Part shown: positions 8,829 through 17,921 of the stretch, piece by piece
Numbering within the stretch: position 1 is the stretch's first letter
Layout: each line of letters opens with the position of its first letter
DNA from: Hyalangium minutum
Lineage (GTDB): Bacteria > Myxococcota > Myxococcia > Myxococcales > Myxococcaceae
Assembly: GCF_000737315.1 (NCBI RefSeq)
Contig: NZ_JMCB01000009.1
Span: 1-64,000, forward strand
Reading direction: 5' to 3'
Length of the DNA stretch: 64,000 bases
Translations under genes and position numbers: made by a program
The notes under the pieces: model-generated
The model's database searches: none
Seen by the model: only the letters and a program-made list of their open reading frames with translations
What the model was told of the DNA's origin: nothing

Positions 8829-11381
8829 GTGGAGACTGCGGTGGCTCAGACTGCGAACCCGACAACGGTCTCGCTGAAAGAAGAGTTCGGACCCATCTCC
8901 CGGTGGCTGGGGGCTCGCTACTTCGACGGGGTCCACTTCCCCCCGGAGTCCGAGGACGAGCTGCGCGCCCTCCACGCCAAGGGGTTCGTGGTCCACGTCA
9001 TGCGCTCCACGGCGTGGATCAACTTCCTCTACATCGCCTGGGCCATGGTGCGCCGCGCCCTGCCCCCCATCCGCGCCGTGGTCAACCTGCGGCCCTGGTT
9101 CACCCGCCCCTTCCGCAAGACGGCCCAGCGCGGTGACTTCGATGTGCGCTTCACCTATGCCCGGCGCCACGGCGGCAGCGGCCTCATCTTCCTGAAGAAG
9201 ACGGCGCTGATGAACCCCTCGGGCAAGGACATCGAGGAGAACCCCTTCCCCGCCCTGGTGGCCATGGCTCGCAAGGGGGACCGCAACGTCCTGCTCGTGC
9301 CCGAGCTGTTCGTCTGGGAGAAGCGCTCCGCGCGCATCAAGCCCGGCATCATGGACATCGTGTTCGGCAGCCCCGAGGCCCCGGGCTTCCTGCACTCCAT
9401 GGTGGCCTTCTTCCGCAACTACCGCCGCGCCCAGTTCCGCATGGGCGAGCCCATCGATCTGCAGCGCTTCATCGCGGAGAACCCTCAGGACTCGGACGAA
9501 GTCATCGCTCGCAAGGTGCGCAGCGCCCTGCACCACCACCTGGCCCGTGAGACGCGCGCCGTGTTCGGACCGCCTCTCAAGCCCACCGAGCGGCTCATCG
9601 ACGAGACGATGCGCGATCGCCAGCTGCACAAGGCCCTGGATGCGCACGCCGCCTCCGTGAGCCGCCGCCCCGAGAGCGTCTACCGCGAGGCTCGCCGCAA
9701 CCTGGCCGCCATTGCCGCGCGTCCGAGCCCCACCACCCTGGCCTTCGCCTCGCCCGTGCTGGACTGGATCTTCCAGCGCATCTACGACGGCATCGAAGTG
9801 GATGAGGGCGGCCTCCACCGCGCCCTCAAGCAGGCCGGCCACGCGCCCATCGTCCTGTGCCCCTCGCACAAGAGCCACGTGGACTACCTGGTGCTCAGCT
9901 GGGTGCTCTGGAACCGCGGCTATGCCGTGCCCCTGGTGGCCGCCGGCGCCAACCTGTCGTTCTGGCCGCTCGGGCCCTTCCTGCGGCGCTGCGGCGCGTT
10001 CTTCCTGCGGCGCTCGTTCAAGGGCGACCCGATCTACTCCGAGTCCTTCCAGGCCTACGTGCGCAAGCTGGTGCTCGACGGCGTGCACCAGGAGTTCTTC
10101 CCCGAGGGCGGCCGCTCCCGCACCGGCAAGCTGCTGCCCCCCAAGCTGGGCATGTTCACCTGGCAAGTCGACGCCGTGCTGGGCGGCGCTCGCAAGGATC
10201 TGACCTTCGTCCCCGTCTCCATCGACTACGAGAAGGTGGTGGAGTCCGGCAGCTACTCGAAGGAACTGGCCGGTGGGGAGAAGAAGCCCGAGGACCTCAA
10301 GGCCCTGCTCAGCGCTCCCAAGGTGCTCACCGCGCGCTATGGCCGCATCCACCTGACCTTCGATGAGCCGCTCTCGCTCGCGGAGCTCATGAAGAGCCGC
10401 GGACTCACCCCGGGCGAGCCGGTGAACGAAGAGCAGAAGAAGGGCCTGGTGCGTGCGCTCGGCAACCGGGTCATGTACGGCATCAGCAAGGTGTCCACCG
10501 TGACGCCGCACGCCCTGGTGAGCGCGGCCCTGCTGGCCCACCGCCGCCGCGGCATTACTCAGCGCGAAGTGACGGATCGCATCACCCTGCTCCGCCGCAT
10601 CGCCGAGGAGGAGCGCACCCCGCTCTCCAAGACGCTGCAGAACGCCCCGAGCGATCCCGAGACGATGGGCGCCATCCGCGACGCGCTCCAGACGTTCCGC
10701 GCGGATGGGATGCTCCGTACCCAGCAGGCTCGCGGCGAGGTCATCTACCAGCCCGAGGACGAGCGCCGCGCGGAGCTGTCCTTCTACAAGAACACCTTGA
10801 TGAACCTGGTGGTGCCTCGCAGCCTGGTGGCCAATGCGCTGCTGGCCGGGGCCCCCGCCTCCTACGAGATCGTAAAGGGCCGCGCGCTGTTCCTCTCGCG
10901 CCTCTTCAAGGTGGAGTTCATCTACCGGGTGGGTGCCACCTTCGACACCATCTTCTCGGAGACGGTGGAGGCCCTGGTGCGCCTGGGCCTCGTGCTGCGC
11001 TCGGATGACACCCTCCAGCTCGCCCCCGAGGCCCATGCCCGGCCCGCACTGGAGTTCCTGGCGGACCTGCTGCGCGATTACCTGGAGTCCTACCTGCTGG
11101 CCGCGATGACGCTGAAGGACGTGGCCGACGGCATGGTCTCGGACCGCAAGGCCTTCGTGAAGTTCGCGATGGAGACCGGCCGCGCTGAGTTCCATGCCGG
11201 CCGCATCGGTGCCGCCGAGTCCCTGGCCAAGACGACGCTGGAGAACGCCGTGGCGTACCTCATCGACCAGAAGTACCTCGTCGAGGAGGACAAGAAGCTC
11301 AAGCTGGGCCCGGCCGGTACCGAGCCCAGCGCGCGGGAGCAGCTCGCCAACGACATCCGCCTCTACCTGCAGCGCACGTGA
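8829..11381 (+). CDS. plsB: Glycerol-3-phosphate O-acyltransferase
   Basis: HX4D motif (CPSHKSHVDY), GAFFLRRSF and FFPEGGRSRTGK blocks; GGAGG RBS before GTG. Confidence 0.88.
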   Translation: METAVAQTANPTTVSLKEEFGPISRWLGARYFDGVHFPPESEDELRALHAKGFVVHVMRSTAWINFLYIAWAMVRRALPPIRAVVNLRPWFTRPFRKTAQRGDFDVRFTYARRHGGSGLIFLKKTALMNPSGKDIEENPFPALVAMARKGDRNVLLVPELFVWEKRSARIKPGIMDIVFGSPEAPGFLHSMVAFFRNYRRAQFRMGEPIDLQRFIAENPQDSDEVIARKVRSALHHHLARETRAVFGPPLKPTERLIDETMRDRQLHKALDAHAASVSRRPESVYREARRNLAAIAARPSPTTLAFASPVLDWIFQRIYDGIEVDEGGLHRALKQAGHAPIVLCPSHKSHVDYLVLSWVLWNRGYAVPLVAAGANLSFWPLGPFLRRCGAFFLRRSFKGDPIYSESFQAYVRKLVLDGVHQEFFPEGGRSRTGKLLPPKLGMFTWQVDAVLGGARKDLTFVPVSIDYEKVVESGSYSKELAGGEKKPEDLKALLSAPKVLTARYGRIHLTFDEPLSLAELMKSRGLTPGEPVNEEQKKGLVRALGNRVMYGISKVSTVTPHALVSAALLAHRRRGITQREVTDRITLLRRIAEEERTPLSKTLQNAPSDPETMGAIRDALQTFRADGMLRTQQARGEVIYQPEDERRAELSFYKNTLMNLVVPRSLVANALLAGAPASYEIVKGRALFLSRLFKVEFIYRVGATFDTIFSETVEALVRLGLVLRSDDTLQLAPEAHARPALEFLADLLRDYLESYLLAAMTLKDVADGMVSDRKAFVKFAMETGRAEFHAGRIGAAESLAKTTLENAVAYLIDQKYLVEEDKKLKLGPAGTEPSAREQLANDIRLYLQRT

Positions 11382-11399
11382 GCCCCCGCCGGGCCCAGC

Positions 11400-11837
11400 T
11401 CACAGGCCCGTGCGGAACGGGACGCGGACTTCCTCGGTGAGCGCGTTGCCCTCGTAGTCGGAGAGGATCGTCCGCAGCACCAGCGTGAAGGAGGCATTCG
11501 GGGTGAACGCCCCCGAGGTCGCCCTCACCTTCACGGTGTACGGGATGTCTCCACCCTCGACGTTCCCAGAGCCATCGGTCGGCGCGGGCACGGTGATGGT
11601 CAGGGGCACCTCGTCGCGGCCGGAGAACACGGCGATCCCGGGGCGCAACGTGCGCACATCCATGAACTCCGAGAAGGTGATCTCCAAGCTCCCGTCCGAG
11701 GCGATCTGCCCGCTGGCAACGGGCTCGGTGGACTGGACCTCGGGCGGATCCGTATCCCGGACGGCGAGCACCGGATCGCCGGGATCCAAGCACCCGGCGA
11801 GGCTCAGGAAGGCACAGGCGGTCAGCAGGCGGCGCAT
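11400..11837 (-). CDS. Lipoprotein with a bacterial Ig-like (SbsA/Big_5-type) domain
   Basis: Lipobox LSLAGC after MRRLL; PPEVQSTEP...LEITFSEFMD pattern. ATG overlaps the TGA of the cytochrome gene at 11837. Confidence 0.75.
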   Translation of the reverse strand: MRRLLTACAFLSLAGCLDPGDPVLAVRDTDPPEVQSTEPVASGQIASDGSLEITFSEFMDVRTLRPGIAVFSGRDEVPLTITVPAPTDGSGNVEGGDIPYTVKVRATSGAFTPNASFTLVLRTILSDYEGNALTEEVRVPFRTGL

Positions 11838-13012
11838 CACCGGCACCCCTTCTGGGCGAGACTGGTCTCCGAGTGGCACTTCAAGCACGCGCGATCATTG
11901 GCCGCCGCGAGCTTCTTGCAGTTGCTCGCGAAGCCGGTCGGGTGCGGGTTGATCTGCTGGCGCTGCGAGGTCTCCGCGTGGCAGCTGATGCAGGTCTCCT
12001 CGCGGTGGCAGGCGGCGCACTGGCGGATGTCCCGCGAGGCGACGATTCCGTGGTGCTGCGGCCCGGGGATCTGCACCCACGTGGCGTAGTCCGGGTGCAC
12101 CTTGGCGTTGCGCGGCCTTAAGGACGAGTCCGCGTTCATGCCCACGCCCACCCGCTCGTGGCAGGCGGCGCAGAAGGACTGGAGCCGGTGGCAGCTCTCG
12201 CACCGCTGGGCGTCCGTGCGCGCCTGGAGCGGGTGCAGCGTGATGAAGTCGTTGGGGTGCACCGACAGCGGCTTCTGCAGGGCGTCGTGGCACTTCGCGC
12301 AGTACGCATCCGAGTGACACTGGCTGCACGTCTGCCGCGACACCGAGGCGCGCGGGCCGTGGTTGAACTCGAAACGCGGGCCGTGGTCCAGGCCCAGCGG
12401 ATCCCCCTGCATGGGCCTCAGGATGCCGGAGGCGAAGTTGAGCTGCAGCCGCCCCGAGGCCTCCGTCAGGTGGCACGTCTTGCAGTCGTTCGGGGCCTGC
12501 TTGCCGTCATGGCACTCGAAGCAGGTCGCCATCTTGGGCAACTGCTGCCGCGTGGCCAGCTGCACCTTGGTCATGTCCCCGTGGCACGTGGCGCACTCCA
12601 CCTTCTTCTCCAGGTGGACCTTGTGGGTGAACTTCAGGTTGGCTGAGGGCAGCTCCAGCTTCGCGGGCTCCTTGCGCACCGTGGCGTCGAAGCCCGGGTG
12701 GCACGTGCTGCAGCTGGCCGGCGGATCCGTCTTCTGCCCCTTCTGGGCGGCCTCGATGTCGTGGCAGGTCTCGCACTCCTCGTGGCCAGGGAGGTTGCGG
12801 TCCTTGGGGGACTCGCTCTTGCTGACGGAGTCGTGGCAGGTGGCGCACTCGGCGCCCGCTTCCAGGTGCTGCGCGTGGTCGAAGCGCAGCGGGATGTTCT
12901 GCGCGGGGTAGATCGCGAGGCTCCGCTCGCGGCCCGAGGCGGCCCAGGCCACACCCGCCACGGCGAGGGAGAGGGCGAAGAAGCCCAGTGCGTTCCGAAA
13001 CTGGCGGTCCAT
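11837..13012 (-). CDS. Periplasmic multiheme c-type cytochrome, 13 CxxCH motifs
   Basis: Sec signal (ALGFFALSLAVAGVAWA); hand count of 13 CxxCH; c3/c7-type FxHxxH motifs. Confidence 0.92.
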   Translation of the reverse strand: MDRQFRNALGFFALSLAVAGVAWAASGRERSLAIYPAQNIPLRFDHAQHLEAGAECATCHDSVSKSESPKDRNLPGHEECETCHDIEAAQKGQKTDPPASCSTCHPGFDATVRKEPAKLELPSANLKFTHKVHLEKKVECATCHGDMTKVQLATRQQLPKMATCFECHDGKQAPNDCKTCHLTEASGRLQLNFASGILRPMQGDPLGLDHGPRFEFNHGPRASVSRQTCSQCHSDAYCAKCHDALQKPLSVHPNDFITLHPLQARTDAQRCESCHRLQSFCAACHERVGVGMNADSSLRPRNAKVHPDYATWVQIPGPQHHGIVASRDIRQCAACHREETCISCHAETSQRQQINPHPTGFASNCKKLAAANDRACLKCHSETSLAQKGCR

Positions 13013-14419
13013 CTAGAGATTCGCCTTCAGATCGAAGAGGAAGAACGCCTTGGTGTCCGAGCGGGTGAACGGGTTGACGTTCTGCTCGAGCACCAGGGAG
13101 ACGCGGGCTGCAGGGGTCAGCATGCGGCTGGCCCAGAGCTGCGCCCCGAAGAAGTTGCCCCGAAGCTGGGGGTTGAATTCGTCGTCGACGTGCGCCACGG
13201 ACAGCCGCGCATCCAGATCGAGGAGGTTCGCGTCGAAGCTGTAGCCGCCCGTCAGGTCCACCCAGAGCTGGTTGCCGCCGAAGCCGGTCCGGTACGTCAC
13301 GTCCAGCGCCGAGCGGAGGCTGCCCCGCCGCAGCGAGGTGCCCACGGAGCCGCCCACGTTCGTCGAGGAGGGAGCGTCCTCCGAGTCCACGAAGTTCGCC
13401 AGGCCCAGGTTCTCGTTGATGTTGGTGTGGTACAGGCTGCCCAGGGCCTGCACGTAGAAGCGCAGCGGGCCCACCGGGTAGAAGTCGGCGCGCGCCCGCA
13501 CCTCATCCCGAGGCGCGAAGGCGAAGTAGTACCAGATGGAGTTGGTGGAGAAGACCGGCGTGAAGCGCAGCGCCTGCGCGCTCACGGCGAACAGCTCGCG
13601 ATCCAGACGGACCTCGATGCGCGCCTGGGCCGGCGTGAGCTGGAGCAGATCGAGATCCACCCCCGCCACCGCGTTCACCCCGAGCCCTCGCCCGTAGCGG
13701 AGCTCCAGGGCCGCGCGCTCCAGGTCCGTCTTCCCGTCCAGCAGCGACTTGCGGTAGCCGAGCGAACCGCTGAAGCCCTTCAAGCTCCCGAACAGCAGCT
13801 TCGCGCCGTAGACGGGCTGGATGGCATTCAGACTCTCGTCGGCGCCCACCACGCCCTGCTCCAGCCGCCGCGAGTCGCTCTCGCGCGTGCCGTCCGGCTG
13901 GTACGCCGACGAGGACAGGAACCCCGAGCCCTTCACCCACAGACCGCCGTACGCCTCGACGCCGACGCCGAACCGCGACATGTACCGCAGCCGCAGCCCA
14001 TCGAAGGCCATGATGTCCATCGAGTCGGTGTAGAGCTGGCGCCCCAACCGGCCCTCGAAGCCGCCGTTGGCGTAGCGGGCGTAGGCGTACTGGAGATCCG
14101 CGTCCTCGCTGCGCAGGCCGTCGATCTTCTCGGCCTCGCCTCGCGGCAACCCAAAGTCCGCGAAGACGCGCAGGCTGGACTCGAAGCCCAGATCCTGCCC
14201 GGTGACCAGCTCGAAGGCGTTGAGGCCCAGATACTGGACGATCCGCCGCCGAGGCAGCAGCACCACGTCATCCGGTGTGGTGCCGCGCCACGCGCGGATC
14301 TGATACGCCTGTGCCTCGGTCCGCGCCTCGATCTGTACGGCTGCGGCCCAAGCCGGCTCGGCCGCTCCCAACGCCACCGCCAGGCCCAGGGCCCAAAGGG
14401 CGGGCGCGGCACCCCTCAT
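13013..14419 (-). CDS. Predicted outer-membrane beta-barrel protein (porin-like)
   Basis: Signal peptide (ALWALGLAVALGAAEPAWA); alternating aromatic/hydrophobic strands with many Y/F/G; C-terminal AFFLFDLKANL strand. Its TAG abuts the cytochrome ATG. Alternative starts at 14449 and 14476. Confidence 0.75.
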   Translation of the reverse strand: MRGAAPALWALGLAVALGAAEPAWAAAVQIEARTEAQAYQIRAWRGTTPDDVVLLPRRRIVQYLGLNAFELVTGQDLGFESSLRVFADFGLPRGEAEKIDGLRSEDADLQYAYARYANGGFEGRLGRQLYTDSMDIMAFDGLRLRYMSRFGVGVEAYGGLWVKGSGFLSSSAYQPDGTRESDSRRLEQGVVGADESLNAIQPVYGAKLLFGSLKGFSGSLGYRKSLLDGKTDLERAALELRYGRGLGVNAVAGVDLDLLQLTPAQARIEVRLDRELFAVSAQALRFTPVFSTNSIWYYFAFAPRDEVRARADFYPVGPLRFYVQALGSLYHTNINENLGLANFVDSEDAPSSTNVGGSVGTSLRRGSLRSALDVTYRTGFGGNQLWVDLTGGYSFDANLLDLDARLSVAHVDDEFNPQLRGNFFGAQLWASRMLTPAARVSLVLEQNVNPFTRSDTKAFFLFDLKANL

Positions 14420-14461
14420 GCTGCTCTGCGCTCGATCCAGGAAGGACATCAAAGTGGCGGC

Positions 14462-14467
14462 ATTATA
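14462..14467 (-). promoter_or_regulatory. Perfect -10 hexamer (TATAAT) upstream of the barrel-cytochrome operon
   Basis: Plus-strand ATTATA in an AT-rich patch; only a weak -35 (TGAAAT, 18-bp spacer). Confidence 0.45.
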
Positions 14468-14529
14468 AGGAGACACGCCTCGGAGATTTCACGGTTTTCG
14501 CGCGCCTTTTTGTGAGTGAGGAGATCACG

Positions 14530-15693
14530 GTGGAAGATTCCACCCCAAGCCATCCCCCTCTCCCCGAACCCTCGGGGGAGCCTCCCGACCCTGCCGCGAG
14601 GCCTCTTCCGCTGGCGGTGCGGGCCACCGTCATCCTCCTGGCGCTCTTCCTCACGGTGGGCGGGGCCAGCCAGATGCTCAACCCGGCCTTCGGCATCTGG
14701 TTCACGGAGATCTTCATCTTCATGGGCGTGCCCTGGGTGATGCTGCGCCTCTCCCACTATGAACCGCTGGGCTACACGGGGCTGGAGTCCCCGGCGCTGG
14801 CGCCCTCCGCGCTGGGCTTCGGGCTGGGAGTGGCCAACTTCTTCGCCTTCGTGGTGCCCATCCAGTACATCGCCCAGACGCTGGCGCCTCCCTGGCTCCG
14901 GGAGATGTTCGACGGGAGCCGCATCTTCGAGGGACAGACTCCGCTGGAGCTGGGCATCATGCTCGCCGGCGTCTCCCTGGCCGCTCCCGTCTGCGAGGAG
15001 TTCTTCTTCCGAGGCATCCTCCAGAAAGGAGTGGGGAGCACCTCGCTCTCGCGGACCAGCGCCGTGCTGGTCACCGCCGTCATCTTCAGCGCGTTCCACT
15101 TCGATCCCGTGGGCTTCGCCGCGCGCGTGGAGCTGGGGGTGCTGTTCGGCGCCCTGCGGCTCTACACGGGCTCGCTGTGGCCGGGCATCCTCGCGCACTC
15201 GGCCAACAACGTGGTGTCCTCCGTGTTGTTCCTCGCGCTGCGACAGGTCGGGGCGGAGAGCACGGAGGATCGTCCCCCGCTCGAAGCCGTCCTCCTGCTG
15301 TCCACCGTCGGCATCCTCGCGATGGCAAGCCTGCTCGGGCTCGCGCGAAGGTTCTCGGCGCTGTGGGGCCCAAGGCAGGAGCCTCCCACACTCACCCAGC
15401 CTCCCTCGCCCCTGCCGAAGCTGCTGCTGCCGTGGCTGACGGCCGCCACGCTCTCGCTGGGGCTCCTGGTGCTGGCGGACTGGCGCGGCATCCGCCTGCG
15501 CATGATCGACATGGAGCACCGGCTCCCCAAGCTGCCCAAGACGGCGCCGCAGGAGCTCCACACCGAGCGCACCCACCTGCAGCAGCTCCGCGAAGAAGCC
15601 CGGTGCGGACGCGCACCCGTGGAGACTTATAAAGAGGAGCGCGTCCGCCAGTCCCAGTCGCACCCGGCAGAGCCTGGGGCCGAAAACGAGTGA
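14530..15693 (+). CDS. CPBP (CAAX/Abi) family intramembrane glutamic endopeptidase
   Basis: PVCEEFFFRG, FSAFH and HSANN motifs within multiple TM helices; GTG at 14530 after GAGGAG. Confidence 0.88.
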   Translation: MEDSTPSHPPLPEPSGEPPDPAARPLPLAVRATVILLALFLTVGGASQMLNPAFGIWFTEIFIFMGVPWVMLRLSHYEPLGYTGLESPALAPSALGFGLGVANFFAFVVPIQYIAQTLAPPWLREMFDGSRIFEGQTPLELGIMLAGVSLAAPVCEEFFFRGILQKGVGSTSLSRTSAVLVTAVIFSAFHFDPVGFAARVELGVLFGALRLYTGSLWPGILAHSANNVVSSVLFLALRQVGAESTEDRPPLEAVLLLSTVGILAMASLLGLARRFSALWGPRQEPPTLTQPPSPLPKLLLPWLTAATLSLGLLVLADWRGIRLRMIDMEHRLPKLPKTAPQELHTERTHLQQLREEARCGRAPVETYKEERVRQSQSHPAEPGAENE

Positions 15694-15750
15694 GCCCTCC
15701 CGCGGAGCATCCCGCGAGGAGGGCCCATTCCAGAAACCGCCCGCCCGAAG

Positions 15751-15963
15751 CTAGACGAACCGGTACGAGGACACGTCGAACACCGGCCCCACCATCTGGG
15801 CCGTCATGACGTCGGCGACCTGGCCTTCGACTTCGATGCGCTGACCGTCCTTCTTGATTTTCCGATCTCCACCGGCGAGCTGATACGTGCGGCCATCATC
15901 GCCCTCGAGGACCCAGACGCCACCCTCGAGATCCCGGTAGACGACGCGCCCGGTCAGCTTCAC
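15751..15963 (-). CDS. Small (70 aa) beta-rich protein, possibly OB-fold/DUF5818-like
   Basis: KLTGRVVYRDLEGGVWVLEGDDGRTYQL; GTGA overlap with the subtilase stop. It is the C-terminal part of track ORF 15751..16464. Confidence 0.65.
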   Translation of the reverse strand: MKLTGRVVYRDLEGGVWVLEGDDGRTYQLAGGDRKIKKDGQRIEVEGQVADVMTAQMVGPVFDVSSYRFV

Positions 15964-17768
15964 GGCGTCTCCTTCTTGAGCATCGCACGAGCGATGAAGA
16001 CGCTGATGATCGCGTTCACCACGAGCCACGGCATGGCCAGGAAGGTGAAGGGCATGTACGCGAGCCCCGGAGCCTTGGACCAGGCCGCGTAGCTCAGGAA
16101 GCCCGCGAAGCCGAGCGCCAGGCCGCCAATGGCCGGCCGCAGCCCGCGGAACTTGATGGCGAAGAACGAGAGCACCACCGGGATGAGAGCGCTGTAGAAG
16201 AGCGGGTTGGCCAACTTGCCGCGGCCGAAGATGATGCGCTGCCAGTCGGGAATCGGCAGCCACAGGGCGTCCACCCCGTCCCCGCTCGCCCCCGCGGCCC
16301 CGCCGAACCACGAGCGAGCGAAGAACATGCCCACGGTGGCCAACACCAGCGGCACCACGAAGCTCGGCTTGAAGATCAGGTTGAGGTAGCCCGGGCGCTC
16401 GCGGCGGCCCAGCGTCAGCAGCACCACCGCCAGCAGCACCAGCGCCCACCAGAGCGACGGCCACTGCGTCCCCGGAGTGGCCCCGATCGCCTCCAGCGAG
16501 GCCTTCGCGTTGAGCAGGCCGTGGCCGTACTCCTCCGACCAGGCCTGGCCGTTCACGCGCTTGGCGCCCGCGAAGAGCGCCTTCTCCACCTCGTCCGGAC
16601 CGCTGGCGCCCGCTGCGTACAGGAGCGCCGCCACCGCCGCCACGTGCGGAGTGGCCATGCTGGTGCCCTGGTACGAGGCGTACACCGAGCGCGACACATC
16701 CTTCGGATCGATCGTGTTCTGGATGATGCCGTTCTGGTCACCCTTGCGCTTGTCACCGCCCGGCGCCGCGATATCCAGGTCCTTGCCGTAGGACGAGTAC
16801 GGAGCGCGCGTGCCCTCCGGACCCACGGCGGCCACCGCCACCGCGCCCGGGTACGCCGCGGGGAACTCCACGCGCCCACGGCCCGCGTTGCCTGCCGCTG
16901 CCACCACCGTCGTGCCCTTCTTGCGCGCGTACTCCACCGCCGAGGCCATGGCCGGCGAGTACCCGCCGCCGCCCAGCGACATGTTGATCACCTTGGCGCC
17001 CTTGTCCGCCGCGAAGCGGATGGCATCCGCGATGTCCGCCGAGGTGCCGCTGCCGAAGTGGTTGAGCACCTTCACCGGCATCAGCGTCGCCTCGAAGGCC
17101 ACGCCCGCCACGCCCTCGTTGTTGTTCGTCGCCTGGGCGATGGTGCCCGCCACGTGCGTGCCGTGGCCGTGGTCGTCGTTGGCGTGCTCGTCGTCGTTCA
17201 CGAAGTCATAGCCGGTGACGAACTTCACGCCCTTCAGGTCCGGCACCTGCTTGAAGTCGTCGTAGTCCTCGTAGGCGATGCCCGTGTCGAGCACCGCCAC
17301 CACCACGCCCTTGCCCTTGCTGGTGTCCCAGGCCTTGGGCATGTCGATCATCTGCAGGTTCCACTGCTTGCCGTAGTCCGGATCATTCGGCGTGAAGCTG
17401 GAGCGGAACTGCATCAGGGGCTCGGCGTACTCGACGGCGGGGTTCTGACGGATGCGCGCCAGCGCGCTCTCCACGTCATCCACCCCCACCGCGACGGTCA
17501 TGCCGTCGTCCTGGCCTTCGATGGAGTTGAACTCGAGGTCCACACCCCACTCGGCCTCCCAGGCGTCGAACTGTTCCTTGGTGGTGCCGTCCTTGAAGTC
17601 CACCAGGATGCTGCCCGGCACCAGATCCGCGCCGGTCAGGTCCAGCCGCTCGGGCTGCGTGGCCGGCTCGGCCGAGGCAGGCACCTCCTTCTGGGAAGAG
17701 CAGGCCGCGGTCGCGACTACGACCAGGGCCACCACCGCGTTCGCCAGGATCCTTCGCATCGTCTGCAC
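15960..17768 (-). CDS. S8 subtilisin-like serine protease with a C-terminal multi-pass membrane domain
   Basis: Catalytic triad VAVLDTG / HGHGTHVAGT / GTSMATPHVA; lipoprotein-like signal (ATAAC); propeptide region; about 4-5 hydrophobic helices after the catalytic domain. Confidence 0.93.
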   Translation of the reverse strand: MQTMRRILANAVVALVVVATAACSSQKEVPASAEPATQPERLDLTGADLVPGSILVDFKDGTTKEQFDAWEAEWGVDLEFNSIEGQDDGMTVAVGVDDVESALARIRQNPAVEYAEPLMQFRSSFTPNDPDYGKQWNLQMIDMPKAWDTSKGKGVVVAVLDTGIAYEDYDDFKQVPDLKGVKFVTGYDFVNDDEHANDDHGHGTHVAGTIAQATNNNEGVAGVAFEATLMPVKVLNHFGSGTSADIADAIRFAADKGAKVINMSLGGGGYSPAMASAVEYARKKGTTVVAAAGNAGRGRVEFPAAYPGAVAVAAVGPEGTRAPYSSYGKDLDIAAPGGDKRKGDQNGIIQNTIDPKDVSRSVYASYQGTSMATPHVAAVAALLYAAGASGPDEVEKALFAGAKRVNGQAWSEEYGHGLLNAKASLEAIGATPGTQWPSLWWALVLLAVVLLTLGRRERPGYLNLIFKPSFVVPLVLATVGMFFARSWFGGAAGASGDGVDALWLPIPDWQRIIFGRGKLANPLFYSALIPVVLSFFAIKFRGLRPAIGGLALGFAGFLSYAAWSKAPGLAYMPFTFLAMPWLVVNAIISVFIARAMLKKETP

Positions 17769-17921
17769 TCCTCAGAAAACGGGGTACTCCTTCAACAGAC
17801 CCCTACGAACGAGCGACGAGGCGATTGGGTCTGCACCGCAGTTTGTTCGACCAGCAGCCCAGCGGGCAAGCGCTGGAGTATTGAGAAACCTTAAGAAGTC
17901 TCACCGCTTGCACGGCATCGG

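Noticed and set aside
14420-14529. FNR/CRP box controlling the multiheme operon
   Set aside because: Only a half-site (ATCAA) is present, with no TTGAT partner at the right spacing.
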